Part shown: piece by piece, positions 1 through 12,400 of the stretch | Numbering within the stretch: the first letter of the stretch is position 1 | Layout of the letters: the number at the start of each line of letters is the position of its first letter | Assembly: GCA_002633005.1 (NCBI GenBank) | Contig: NMRA01000889.1 | Span: forward strand, 1-64,000 | Direction of reading: 5' to 3' | Source: Phoronis australis | Taxonomy: Eukaryota > Animalia > Phoronida | Length of the DNA: 64,000 bases | Notes under the pieces: generated by a model | Seen by the model: only the letters and a program-made list of their open reading frames with translations | The model's database searches: none | What the model was told of the DNA's origin: nothing | Position numbers and translations under genes: made by a program

Positions 1-574
1 ATCCCATGAGCCTTCGCGAAGGAAGTAACTCGCACATGCGCAATGCGTAGTTCGTCTGCGCTGCAAATCCGCTATTTTTCCACTTTAAAGTAATGCTCTG
101 AATAGGATTTGATTTAACTCTCACAAATATATAGTATTCATTGATTCAAAAGTTTTCTTTTATTTATGCCAAGGTGTTTGAACTGTGCATTGCTTTTCGG
201 CAGCCATTTTATAATGACTCTTATGGTCGTCATATGCTGCCGTCTTTTGAAAGAACAGAAAACCACACAGAAAAAGGCCAAGAATTTTGTGGAAAGTGGT
301 TCACAACAATGCTAGTTCAACCACAAATTATTTTACTGGTATGATATCTATTTTTAAATCGATTAAAGTTGATTCAGAATTTCAGTTCTGGAAAATAAAT
401 CGTGATTGTTTTATTGCAGATAGACCTTACTTATTTTCTGTTTGTGACCTCTTTATTTGACTTTTTGCTCTTGTTGTTCTTAATACCACTTATACCGCAA
501 TATTAGCCTCGAATGGCAGATACAACCGTGTAATAACCCATAAAGTTATCTCACTAATGAGTTAACCATTTGGC

Positions 575-652
575 GGGAAACCGAGGACGGAGTCGAACCC
601 GGGACCCTGAAATTGCTGATCGCCGACTTGCCACTACACCATGCAGTGGCTG
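575..652 (-). mobile_element. tRNA-derived SINE-like head
   Basis: Minus strand has an A-box-like TGGTGTAGTGG and B-box GGTTCGACTCC at tRNA-like spacing, without a complete cloverleaf. Confidence 0.45.
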
Positions 653-1327
653 ACGTCATCAAGAGTGAAAATACAATACTTAAATGAGCACGCGCAATAA
701 TCGCACGCGCAATAATCGCACGTTCAACAAACCGCATTGTACTGTACTTATACGTTACGAAAAATAAGACACGTAATTTCCATAAAAATGATATCTTAAT
801 TCAGTGAAAATTTTCTCTCATGTCCAGTGGTTTCGAAATTAGAAGTTACGTATCGACCAGGGTCGGTGCCCCCCCAATAATTTTTACCTTCCTACGGGCC
901 TGAACTGATATTTTAATTCAGTGAAATTTTTTCTCTCATGTCCTCTTACTTGTAAATCACCGATCTCCAGTTTGAATGCGGGTATTGTGTCGTCAAGATC
1001 TTTGACTTGAGAATTACAGTCAGTTACCAGTGGTAACCTACTTTAGCAGACGATAATTTCCCGGTCGAAGCTTAGCGTGAAAAAAGAACGTGTTTTCAGC
1101 TATAATAGTTGGTAAACCTTAATTTATAAATTCAATTTATTTCTATTATATTTAAGTTTTCAATTGGTTTTGAGTAAAAGCATTATTTGATAAAAATAGC
1201 CCGGCTTTTCTTAAAAGGTCACGACCACCGACCCCGGGCCTCTGACATAGAAAGTAGTTACAAAGCCATGGAGTCAGAAAAAGTAAATCGATTCATTGTA
1301 ATGTTTCTCGTTTAGTATGTGGTATCA

Positions 1328-1491
1328 ATAGATTATTACATGTTCTCAGCCGTTATCCCCCTTATCTAGAACCCTCGTGGATTTTGGAGAATTATCACCC
1401 TCGGGGCTAACGCCCCTCGGGCGATGATTCTCCAAAATCCACTCGGGCTCTAGATAACGGGGGATAACGACTTAGCCATGTAATAATCTAT
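1328..1491. mobile_element. Palindromic (fold-back) MITE, ~165 bp
   Basis: ATAGATTATTACATG...GGATTTTGGAGAAT / ATTCTCCAAAATCC...CATGTAATAATCTAT arms pair nearly end to end. Confidence 0.75.
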
Positions 1492-4400
1492 ATTTATAAT
1501 ACAATTTCCTTTTACTACTTTGCTAAACCAAAACATTAATTTCACCATGATCTATACACAGTAAAGCTATAGCGTCACTCCCAAACAGGAGCCCGGTTCA
1601 CAAGTTCAGGGTAAAACTTTTGTTTATTACTAATCACAAAATTTTTATCGTACCAAGATACCATATAACTCTTACAAGATAGAAATTGAATTTCAGTATC
1701 TCTAAACTTTACTGATGGGAAATTTCAATAAAATATGTCATTTTCTGACGTCGCAATTGAGGATTTTGATAATTCAATCAGTATATGCGACAATGATTAA
1801 ACCCGCGATTTCCGTCAAAACAGTAAGTTTTGATTTAGGCCATTGTTTCGGCTCATTATTACGGCGAGGTCAGCAGCGTTCATAATAACACATAACACCA
1901 GGGACCGAACAGTCTACAGGTTGCTTCAACGGGCTCGATGATTCGTCGTCCATAACTTGATTTATTCCAATTTGAACTTTTCGGGACTTCGCTTTCACCT
2001 GAAATTAGTGGTGTGTTGGACTATATAGTACAGCCGTAGTTTTATATTTTTTAACGATAATATTTGCTTAGAATCATTTTTTGTTGGATGATCTTCATGA
2101 TGTATTATAAATTACATAACAAATTGTATAAGAATTGCATCTGCATAAGAAATAGTTGTATAAGAGATATAGTGGAATGCTGTAGTCTCATTTGGAATGC
2201 AGTTTTGCTATATCTTGCCTTATATGGGCACGCTACTTGTGTATATATATTAATGCGATCATATAATAAAACAGTCTAAAAGATAGTTTCTTGTACAGAA
2301 ACATGGTGTTCTTTTATTAACCGGCATATCATCCTGACCATTAAGTCCAGTTCGTGCGCAATGTCTCACCAATCATCAACATTTTTAACATTCTTAAATA
2401 TATATTAATTGAAGAATCGTTATATTTTTGAAGGGTAAAAGATGTTGTACAAATGAACACATCTGCAAGTAGGAATGCGTAATTTGTTTTCCTAAAACTT
2501 TCTATCTAATAAAAGAACTAATGTCGTCTACGATTACAGAGTAGCCATCGCGTCCAGAACGAGGCTACGTTATTCCCCTGTTAATTGCAAAAAGCCCCCG
2601 CCCGGTTGAAACCCGTTTATTACAATTTTGCGTGTGACCCCCTCTGCAAAGCGCCCAAGTTTGACACTCATTTCATCGCCCACACACACCCACAACCCCC
2701 TCCTCCACCACCACCTACCCCCGTAGCAAACAATTCATGTTTATCATCCCCACCGCCCTGTTGAATATTTCTGGCTACGGCTGTGTCGTCTACACCAGTC
2801 AGTACAACTATCATTAAAATCTCTTGGTCTGTTTAATACGCCACCACCTCAGAGCGGTTTTAGGAAGTCACTAGTCTGTACAGTCCACGAACGTTCATCA
2901 ACTCTAGGAAGTAGGCCTATGTGTTTCTCAACAGACATTATTCCTATTGCGCACTAAGCAATAATTTATCATACTACAAAATCTAAATATCAACATAATG
3001 CCATATAATACAATACAAACAATTAAAAATACGAGAACTTTGTCGTCTGAAGCAAACAGCTTAGCGTATATGCATGTATTTTGGCCAACGATCCGTGTGT
3101 GAAGCTGTGGCCTATCCGAATTTAGGCGCATATTTGGCCGGTGTAAACAAATTTTCCGGCCGGGAAATAAGTCTCTCAATAAGTAGAAGTGCCCTGAAGT
3201 ACTCCGTTATGCACAGACAATTAATTATGTAGAGGTTTTTTTCTTGCAATTTGAAGTTTCTTGAGTGCATGTAGAAATCTAATCACAACTGGGTTTTTTA
3301 CTTTATCGTTTACAATTTTGACAAAAAAATCCGAATAACAGCAATAAATGACACTGGTAAACACTGAAAATCAAAATATATATCCTCCAATCCCCAGAAA
3401 AGTTATGCATGACAAGAGTTTTCAGGAAATTTATTTACCACGAGGAGGCCACCGTGACACCGAAAAACTCAAAGTGTTCGAGTTTGAAATTTGCGACAGT
3501 GCTGGATAGCTTTGAGTGGAGTTTGAAAAGTGACTCTACAGGGGATACCTGACAACGCCAATGCTTAAAAGGAAAACTTCCGTGCAGGTCTAGCGCCCAT
3601 GTGGGAAGCAGTTATGCAAAAACAACGCAGTGTTTCGTATAGCGCTATTACCTCTCCTGTTAAGAAGGGTTCCGACAGTTGTGCTACACTAGATATAATG
3701 CCCTAATACAATGAGTTCTGTTATGATTGTAGACAGACAAGTTCACCTGGAGTTGCGTTCTATACAGAAAAAAACGAAGGAATTAAATTACTTTGTTTCA
3801 CGTAACAGACCTCCAGCCCAGATTACACATGAAACATAGGGAACACATCTAAGCCAATCAAGCCTTGATAAAAGAATGCATACATAAATCTGAATAAAGA
3901 TTACATTTGAGAATAAGGTGTACATGTGACTACACCTGTCCACTAATACAACAGGGACATAATCTTCTCCTCTCTATCAAGACTTAATAAATCTTCTCTT
4001 AACTACAAATAAAGAATGCCTGGAACATCTAAATTTTGTGAGAACTATTCTCTAAACATGATAAGTATTCCTCAATGAAAAAAATACTTTCAACAATTTT
4101 ATAAGTACTTAATGATTGGAAAAATTTCTGTTTCTCCAATCCTGAATGTTAAAATTACAGCACCGTTGGTGAAATTCACTTATAAATGAAGCAGTATTAC
4201 CTACACGTTGTTGAACATACAGAAACAACTCCAAAACCACACTCAACAATGGTGTGATAGAGCCAGCAATACCAATTTTCCTCAACTGTTCATTAGTGAA
4301 AGCACCATTAACAAATAAAGGTATCAAAAATTTTAAAAAGACATACATCAGAATCATTGATACTTCCTTTGGGGTATCAAGCACACGTTCAACTCAGTCA

Positions 4401-4759
4401 TAAAATCATCCTAAGTGGAAAATAAAGAAATACCAACCAACCAATAAAACAACACAAATAGGCCATGATAAACAAACAAGTAAAAATTAATATCTAATAA
4501 TTGTATAACAACACAATTGTATAATTACATGGTTACATAATAAATCAACAGGAAGGAATACTGCTTTTGAAATACAGTAGCAGACATGTAAAGACAAGAG
4601 ATAATTTATTTGAAATATTGCACTCAATATTAAAAACCCTACTCTCCCTAAGGTATCCACTTCCTAATGATGCAGTCGTGGATTCAGATTTTGTCCAGGG
4701 GGTATGGCAAGGGACAAACAAAGAGCGCGTTTCAATGTAAAAGTGAGGGAGTAGAGGTT

Positions 4760-5048
4760 CAGGATACCTGACCTCTGAGGGATACTCGACTATATTTTAA
4801 AGGGGGGTGCAGCTAGAAAATTAGGATACCTAGCCTCTGGACTCTGAGAGATACTCGACTATATTGTGACAGGGGTGCAGCTAGAAAATTATGATACCTA
4901 GCCTCTTGACAGGGGTGCAGCTAGAAAATTGGGATACCTGGCCTCTGGACTCAGAGGGATACTCGACTATATTTTGACAGGGGTGCAGCTAGAAAATTAT
5001 GATACTTGGCCTCTTGACAGGGGTGCAGCTAGAAAATTAGGATACCTC
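4760..5048. repeat. Compound minisatellite downstream of the KCTD stop
   Basis: Five copies of GGGGTGCAGCTAGAAAATT..GATAC in a mix of ~68-bp and ~40-bp units. Confidence 0.8.
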
Positions 5049-5334
5049 CACATTTAACGTGTGGACTAAAAAAAGGAGCCATTAGTAGGGAGATTCCATG
5101 AAAAAATTACATAAGTAGCGCCAATCATTTTCATTCATATTTTGAAATAAATCCCATTGTTTTGACTTTTTAATGGGCCAAGTTAGTGTTCCTAATTGCA
5201 TTTCATCAAACCATCATGAAGCACCGAATGAAGTTCACTGGCATTACTTCAACACCAATATTCATAACATTGTTGTAAGAAAACAAGGCTGGCATGAAAT
5301 TTACAAGAGACTTTAAATTACAGTAACTCACTGA

Positions 5335-6012
5335 TTACAAGAAATTAAACTGTAATTTATATAGAAACTTCTGACACGTCTGTCCATAATAATATTTGCA
5401 TTTACGTTTTGGCTCGGGTGTCTTGACATTGAAGCCCTCGTCCAGCAAATCTTGTTCAAGACATCTTATAAACGCATCCTCATCTGCGACTGAATCCCAA
5501 GGTCCAACCTTCAAGTCAGCCTGCTCTTCAACACAGCTATGAGCTTGATTGAAATTGGCAGCCCGCGGAACAAAAGGAACCCTAAACACATGTATTAAGA
5601 CATCACCTATTTTTGTCACCGCAGCTTTTTCAATGCCCAACTCAATCACCTTTCGTTTCACCTCCTTATAGGCAGGAAACTGGGCACGATGCGATTCCTG
5701 CACTGTGCGGCGAGCAACGGATGGGGCTGTCTTGAGACATTCTGCTAAAGGGTCCAGTCCGTAGTACAAAGCCTCTTTGTAGATAGCCTCCGCTAAGTCG
5801 TTTGGAGGTAGTGTCTCATGACGCAAAAAGTCTAGAATGTAGCTGAAATATCCACCACGGCTGTCAATAAAGTAGAAGCCATCAGAGTCTTTGTCTAGCT
5901 TATGTCGACCGCTAAACATGGCAGCCAACATGGAGTCTGGATATTTACACAGTGTTGATAGTCTAGTGGTAAACTTGACGCCTCCAACATTGAGTGGGAT
6001 AACAGAAGGTAA
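5335..6012 (-). CDS. BTB/POZ (T1-type) domain protein, KCTD7/KCTD14-like; main (last) coding exon
   Basis: ORF contains VIPLNVGGVKFTTRLSTLCKYPDSMLAAMFSGR...YFIDSRGGYFSYILDFLR...EALYYGL, a typical KCTD BTB domain. A pyrimidine-rich acceptor (ctttgctttttcag, minus) precedes 6012 in phase 0; stop TAA at 5335-5337. Confidence 0.92.
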   Translation of the reverse strand, partial: LPSVIPLNVGGVKFTTRLSTLCKYPDSMLAAMFSGRHKLDKDSDGFYFIDSRGGYFSYILDFLRHETLPPNDLAEAIYKEALYYGLDPLAECLKTAPSVARRTVQESHRAQFPAYKEVKRKVIELGIEKAAVTKIGDVLIHVFRVPFVPRAANFNQAHSCVEEQADLKVGPWDSVADEDAFIRCLEQDLLDEGFNVKTPEPKRKCKYYYGQTCQKFLYKLQFNFL

Positions 6013-6227
6013 CTGAAAAAGCAAAGTACACTCTGGTGAACAGGTCAGTGTCAGTCAGATGTTAAAGCTGGTAGCTATAAACCCACCTAGATCAAAACTA
6101 AAAAATCACTTATCATTCATACAGTCATTCGAACCATTTTACATTATAAAGCTAGTCTCAAATTATTCCTTACATAGATAAGAAGTGATTTTTGAGCATG
6201 GGAGAACTGACAGTCTGCTTTTGTTTA

Positions 6228-6392
6228 TGACAAGGCTCCATCAGTTTGGCTTGACATGGTGGGTTATGTTATATGTCCAGAATGACAAGGCTCAATCAGC
6301 TTGGCTTGACCTGGCGGATTTTGTTATAGGTCAAGAGTGCCAAGGCTCAATCAGCTTGGCTTGACCTGGCAGGTTATGTAATATGTCAAGAA
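6228..6392. repeat. 55-bp tandem repeat, 3 copies
   Basis: CAAGGCTC(A/C)ATCAG(C/T)TTGGCTTGAC recurs at ~6231, 6286 and 6341. Confidence 0.8.
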
Positions 6393-7068
6393 AATAGAAT
6401 TATAGCCTCAAGCTAAGGAACTGCCAGTCATTACATTTACATCCCATTAAATGTGATTATTCCATATGAGACTGGTTTTCAAATGCAGACATCAATATGA
6501 CAATATGACTTGTTGTTTATCCTTTTCATTATTCTTTTGTCCAGCATCACATATACACACAGGCTAATTATCTACAACACCATGACCCAGAATGCCCATG
6601 ACAGCAAAATTTTGAAAGTGGCGTCCAGTGAACTCCGGTACAATGAAAATGTTACCAAGAAAACTTTTCCCACTTATACTGCATATAATTAGTCTACTTC
6701 AGACTAATCAGTCAATGTTATATGACTATTGACCATTTCATATGAAGACAATGGCATCAATACAACTCATTTTCTACTTTTTTCAGAGTTTTTGTTTCTC
6801 TGGGGCAAAACTTTTTGTCCATTACGCCAAATAGGGGGGGAGGGGGCTCGTTCGAGCTGGATGCAGGCATGGGAAACAAGCTGTGTGGGTACAGCAAAGG
6901 TTTGTTTACTGTTCTAAGACAGAAGTTGACTCAATAATCCCTGTTTAGGGTACATATTCTTCAGCAAGATAGCCGGAGGCACGCGTATCCTGTGATAATG
7001 CAGAGTAGTGCCTGGGAACTTCATACTAACACATCAAATCAGACTGTTTACACTAAAGCAACAGTTTC

Positions 7069-7715
7069 TTATTTTAGTTGATAAGTGAATTGCTCCTCTT
7101 GGATATGGCGACTACACAATCGCAGGTTATGTAGCTCTTCTAAGGATTTCCCTGCTAGGTCAGATCTATGCATACTCTTCACCCAACTCGCACAACTAAA
7201 ATTGAACCATTCACTGAGAAATAGTTTACACGCCAACAAACAACATCATTACATTGTGCAAGCTTGCAAACATTCTCCACTAAACCTGGCCATGTAAGTG
7301 CTATCTCACCCCAGTTTTCACACAGTAAACAAGGCCAGCTGACCAGGACACTGGGTCTGACCCTGTAACCTAAACTGTAGAGTACACACAGACTAGTCTT
7401 CTTTAACCAAATACAGCTGATACAACTCCACTTCAATTTTGTTACATTCCTGACAGAAGATGTGCAGCCACTACCGAATGAGTCTCATACGACCATGCTG
7501 TAGGCCTCAGTATTGTCAGCTACTGGTAATCCCTAATAGGTAGGCCTGCTACTATTATTATTCTACTGCAGTACTGACTCCTGTTCTCCGATCAGCACTT
7601 GCCAGTAGCAGTATGGAATAGAAATGAATATACACTTACCTCTCCTTATCTTTAGGCAAGCGAAACAAAGTATTTTGTAAGCACCAGAGGACACACTGGC
7701 ATTACAGTCATCCAT
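7069..7715 (-). pseudogene. Decayed two-exon THAP domain (THAP12/PRKRIR- or hAT-type) inside the KCTD intron
   Basis: Exon ending at 7640 encodes LFRLPKDKE then AG|gtaag; acceptor ttttag precedes 7195. The phase-2 join gives LFRLPKDKESCASWVKSMHRSDLAGKSLEELHNLRLCSRHIQEEQF, stop at 7069-7071. The N-terminal Cys pair is disrupted by a stop/frameshift. Confidence 0.7.
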
Positions 7716-8944
7716 GTTATTATGCTGTATTTGAGTGCCTTCCAGAAGGTGGCGCTACTTGTAATGCTGTGGCGTATTTAGGTCATAAGTAGGAGATCTT
7801 AGGTAACGATAAAATCTTTGACAATACTAAAGAAAAGATTGGCCTCCTTGAATGATGAGGTCCAATAGAACCCTTCACATGAATGCAAGGAGCATAAGGA
7901 ATTGTTTGTGGATTTGTTTTGTTTAAAGAGCTCTAAATATTGAATTTTATGCTACTAAAAATCTGACAATATCTTCCAACACTACTGAAATTTTTGTAAT
8001 GTTTCTAGTATCACTCTCTGACAAGATAGATCTTACTATAGTAGATGTGCTATGCAAGGCCATTGTGCATTGGACCAAACGTGATCTCAGAGTTACGCTC
8101 CACCTCAGTAACGATGTTGTAAGTGGGTTAGCCTGCTCATGGAACTTCTATGGCAATACTTCAAAGGGTTACTACTGAAGTCATCGCTAATGCGCTAATT
8201 GTTCCACTCCACACAAACGGAAGTTCAATAAGTGTTTGTGACGATGCTAGTGAATGACTCTCACAGTTCTTGTACATATCTAGATGCCTTGGAATGGGTT
8301 GTACTTTTCATGCCTTCTTAAATGCAGAGCTGCTTCTCACTTGAACTAGGTCAAGGATCAGCTGGCATCCCGTCCTGGCAATTAAAAGGCCTTGAACAAT
8401 GCTAACTGACACTTGACTGCCAAATAACTGCTCAATGCCAACCTGGTTCAGTTGTTAGTATCAGGTTGATACATGCACACAAAGCAGAAATGTGTCGATT
8501 TCACCTTCAACAATCGACACATTGACATTTTAAAATGCGCGTTTTCAATATACCCTATATCATGCCACTGTTGCTTGGAAAAAACTTCAAAGACATTGGC
8601 AGCCTCCAAAAATGGCAAAATAACCAGCCAGCTAGCTGTATGAAGACTGTCATCAAAATACAGCTGTATATTTATATGTATACAGCTTTGTACCAAGGCT
8701 ACCTCCAAAACTCCAAAAGAGCCTGTCTATGCAAAGCATGTACTGAAAGCAATGTAACTTAGACTGGTTTAGCAAGGGTGAGCTACAACCCAGTCATACA
8801 AGTGATATATGTCTTTCCCTGTTCAGCTGTCAGGTAACAGCAACAGTGAGCAACAGTGCATCTCTGACCTGTTTCCCCGAGACCAAAACAAAACGTCAAC
8901 AATCAACTGTTGAATCAACATCACGTTTACACTTCGATTGTTAC

Positions 8945-8953
8945 CTTGTCCAT
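8945..8953 (-). CDS. Probable first coding exon of the KCTD gene (M-D-K)
   Basis: Minus strand reads gccATGGACAAG|gtaaca: strong Kozak context and a phase-0 donor that joins in frame to LPSVIPLNVGG at 6012. Confidence 0.6.
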
Positions 8954-9387
8954 GGCATTTATTGAATTACAAGGGGAAATTTTAATCCCCGGAATGGCAA
9001 CATCTTCTATTCCGTTATCGATTACCAACTTCAATTTTTAAAATAGACCTAAATAACGACGCATGCTTCCGTATTTGCATATGGACTAGCGAAACGTCTT
9101 TTAGTTTTACTCAGTCAGTGCGCTGTGTATTCTGCACCTTCGAGATCCTTACCTGTGGCCACGGTCAACTTTTGTCGTAAATTACAGCTTCACTGCTCTT
9201 GTTAACTGTTTTAACATTTTAGTATAGATATAGTGTAAACAAAATAAGCCTGATAACTGTGTAAAGTAATAAGTCTGCAAATATCAAACTTTAAGTCTTC
9301 AAATTTTGTCATGTGACGTTTGATTACATATTTTGGTTTATAGGGCGCCCTCTGTTATTAGCCGGTTGACGTCGCATTTGGTGCAAT
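8954..9387. promoter_or_regulatory. Putative bidirectional promoter/5'UTR region between KCTD and DDX1
   Basis: Divergent start codons about 435 bp apart; CpG-containing CRE-like TGACGT sites near 9315 and 9367. Confidence 0.55.
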
Positions 9388-9403
9388 ATGACTGCTTTCG
9401 AAG
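9388..9403 (+). CDS. DDX1: DDX1 exon 1 (MTAFE-)
   Basis: ATG ACT GCT TTC GAA G|gtac; phase 1 joins exon 2. Confidence 0.85.
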
Positions 9404-12400
9404 GTACAAATTCGGTTTAAAGATAAAATTGCGTTGTGAAGCCACTACTTCCTTTGAAGCCTTCGCCGTTTTGGGGCAACAGTTAATTAGGAACGCATTT
9501 TTGACAGGGCGGTGGTGGTCATGACCCATATCCTTCTCATGCCTCATGGGAGCTTGTGATGTTTGTTCTTGCCTAGGACAGTGACCACCGTCCTACTGTA
9601 CTGGCACCGACAGTAGGACGGTGGAGCTCCTATCCTATAGGCGCTTCATACGCCGGAGGCTTTTCCCGAATTATTCCTTGCACTGACTAAAATATCAAAG
9701 TCACATTGTTATAAATACTTTTTGTTCACAAAGGGATACATTAGGAGGCTGTCGATGTATGTAATTCCTTCCAACTCGAACAAATACTCCTGTCATCAAA
9801 CTTTTTCTTCGTGCAGTCACTCGTTCAGTTCCCAAGATCAGTAACTCACCATTTTTAACACTGCGCACACCAGGTGGTATGGCATCATATCCCCAATGAC
9901 ATGGCTCAGTAGAGACGCTGTAGCTCCAATAGGCGCGTCATTTGCCGAATATTTCTCGTCGAATTATGCCTCACATCGACTAAAACGTCAGTCACGTTGT
10001 TATAAATATCTGATGCAAATAGAGGAACAGGTTAGGAGGCCGTCAATGTCTTTAATCCATTCCAGCTTGAACAAATACTCCGTTATCAAACTTTTCTTCA
10101 AGCATCCCTCGTTCAGTTCCCAAAATCGGTAACTGGCCATTTTTACATTTTGCACACTAGGGGATATTACGTCATACCACTTGCCTCACGCAGTGATGAA
10201 AACGCTGAATGAAGGACTGCTTGAAGAAAAGGTTTGATAATTGGAGTATTTGTTTGAGATTGTAGGAATTAAAGACATTGACGGCTTGCTGAGGTGTCCC
10301 TTAATATTCATAAGGTATTTATAACAACGTGACTGATGTTTTAGTTGGTGTGAGGCAGTAGGAAGACCTGCAACGTCTATTGAGCGAGCTAGAGGCAGAC
10401 AAGAGAATTTGTATTTGCACCAAATCGAAGTTTTTCCATATTCAACTTAGTACCATTGAAAAATTAGGGTATTTACAACAATCTTAGAGGTCATTGATAA
10501 ATAAGAAAGGCAATTTTGGCAACTATTGCTGTCTGAAATCGGTGAGATTTTATCGTAATCTGTGAATATGTGCAGTGCTATCAAAGGTTATAAATTTTTA
10601 ACAAATCTCCCCTGCATAATTAGTGAATGGCAATATTCCTGGGTTTCTGCATTATATTTTATTGAATCATGGTTTCCATTTTCAGAAATGGGTGTTATGC
10701 CTGAAATAGGCAAAGCTGTAGAGGAAATGGATTGGAGGTATTGTGCATTTTGACTGTAATCCTTAGCAATGTCACCAACCACTGAATGTGTAGTATTCTA
10801 ACCCAGTTCTTTCAAATGTCCATCCTATTGCTAGTTCACCAGAAAATCCAGGAAATTAGACACCTTTGTTACTTAAAGGCATAGTACGTCAGTTTTTTTG
10901 ATAAGGAAATACCATTCGCAAGGTCATAAAATCAAAAGCTTATTTTTTTCAAATTCTTAATAATCTGAGAGACCCGTGAATTCTTAATTTTTTTTCAAAT
11001 TCTTAATAATCTGAGAGACCCGTGAATTCTTAAAGATGTAGCCCGGCTGTTTGTTGACAAAGAATATTTTATTCTTTTTACACCCACATTTTGCGTTTCA
11101 TCTTATTGATGTCATCCTGTCCTGGTGTCTGGGTGTCTGGTTGATATCTTGAAAACCCTTGGTCAGACCTTAATGAAATAAGGCACAAGGGTGTACGGTA
11201 TCACCAGGGTGGGTTATGAGGTGGGGATTTTCAGTATTTTATGAGAACATCATTTCTGAATGGTATCTTGAGAAGCAATTAATGGATTACAATAGAATTT
11301 GAAGCAGTTGTATGGGATGGCCATTTGCTTGTTTCAGTTGATTTTCAGATTTGATTACTGCAGTACCCTCTAGTGGCCATTTGCGTCTTGAAACGGGCTT
11401 TATCAGTATTTTTGCAAGGAAGATAGGTTCTGAGTGGTATTTAGAAAATTAACTGAAAGCTTTCAATGAAACGTTTTGACACAGACTGAGGTATGTGATA
11501 ACAATGGCACCAGCTATTTTTTTTGCAGACTCAAGTACTACAGCACCCTCTTGTGGCCATTTCATTTTGTAGATGATGACAGTTACCAGTTTTGAGCAGA
11601 CTGCAACAAGTGCAACTGTTGGGCCAAAAAAAACATAGATGTAGCTCTGGTGTGAATGCTTTTGAAAATGGAGGCAGGAGCGCAGTATTTGTAGTCGCTC
11701 ACTTTTCCAAAAAGAAAATCCACCTAATATCAGCAAAAATGATGCAGGATTTGTTTTTTAATTTACCGGTTGGCAAATCTTCTTGTTTCAAACCTTGTTT
11801 ATGTGCCTTTGAGCATCCTTTTTAAAAAATACAAACTTTGACTGAAATGGATGCAGATGGGCATTCTTTTTGTCAGTGAGCGCTGGTCTCAAAATGAGTC
11901 GGGGTACAGACCAGAACCAACTTTTTAGCATTATACAATTAATGGTTATCTTACTCAGCTAAAGCTCTTACTCGCTATGTCACAAAGCGGATTGTGCGAT
12001 TCTGCGTGTAAGACATACTTGCCAAATATTAGCCAAGTTTTCAAACTTGTTCCAAACTTTTTAAATTTGACATGGGTTACAAAGCATAGTTTTCACTGCA
12101 AAGATTGTAGTGATCTATTTTTAGTTTTAACTAATAATAAGCTAAAATTGACTTTTACGGCCCATCAGGCATTCCTGTTCTAGTTAACATCATTGTGTTG
12201 ATACTATGATTTTTGTAGCCTGCCAACTGATGTTCAGGCCGAAGCAATTCCACTTATTCTTGGTGGTGGTGATGTTTTAATGGTAAGTTTGAGGTGCATT
12301 AAAGTTGCTAGACCCGAGTTCGGCGAATAAGACGAGTAAAATTCGAATTACACCAAACGTTTTGGTGGCTGAATATTCTACTTGAAATTTTGGGTTTGTG

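Noticed and set aside
575-652. tRNA gene (a similar B-box lies at ~58138-58150, minus)
   Set aside because: A/B boxes or a B box are present but acceptor and anticodon stems do not form; better explained as SINE-like relics.
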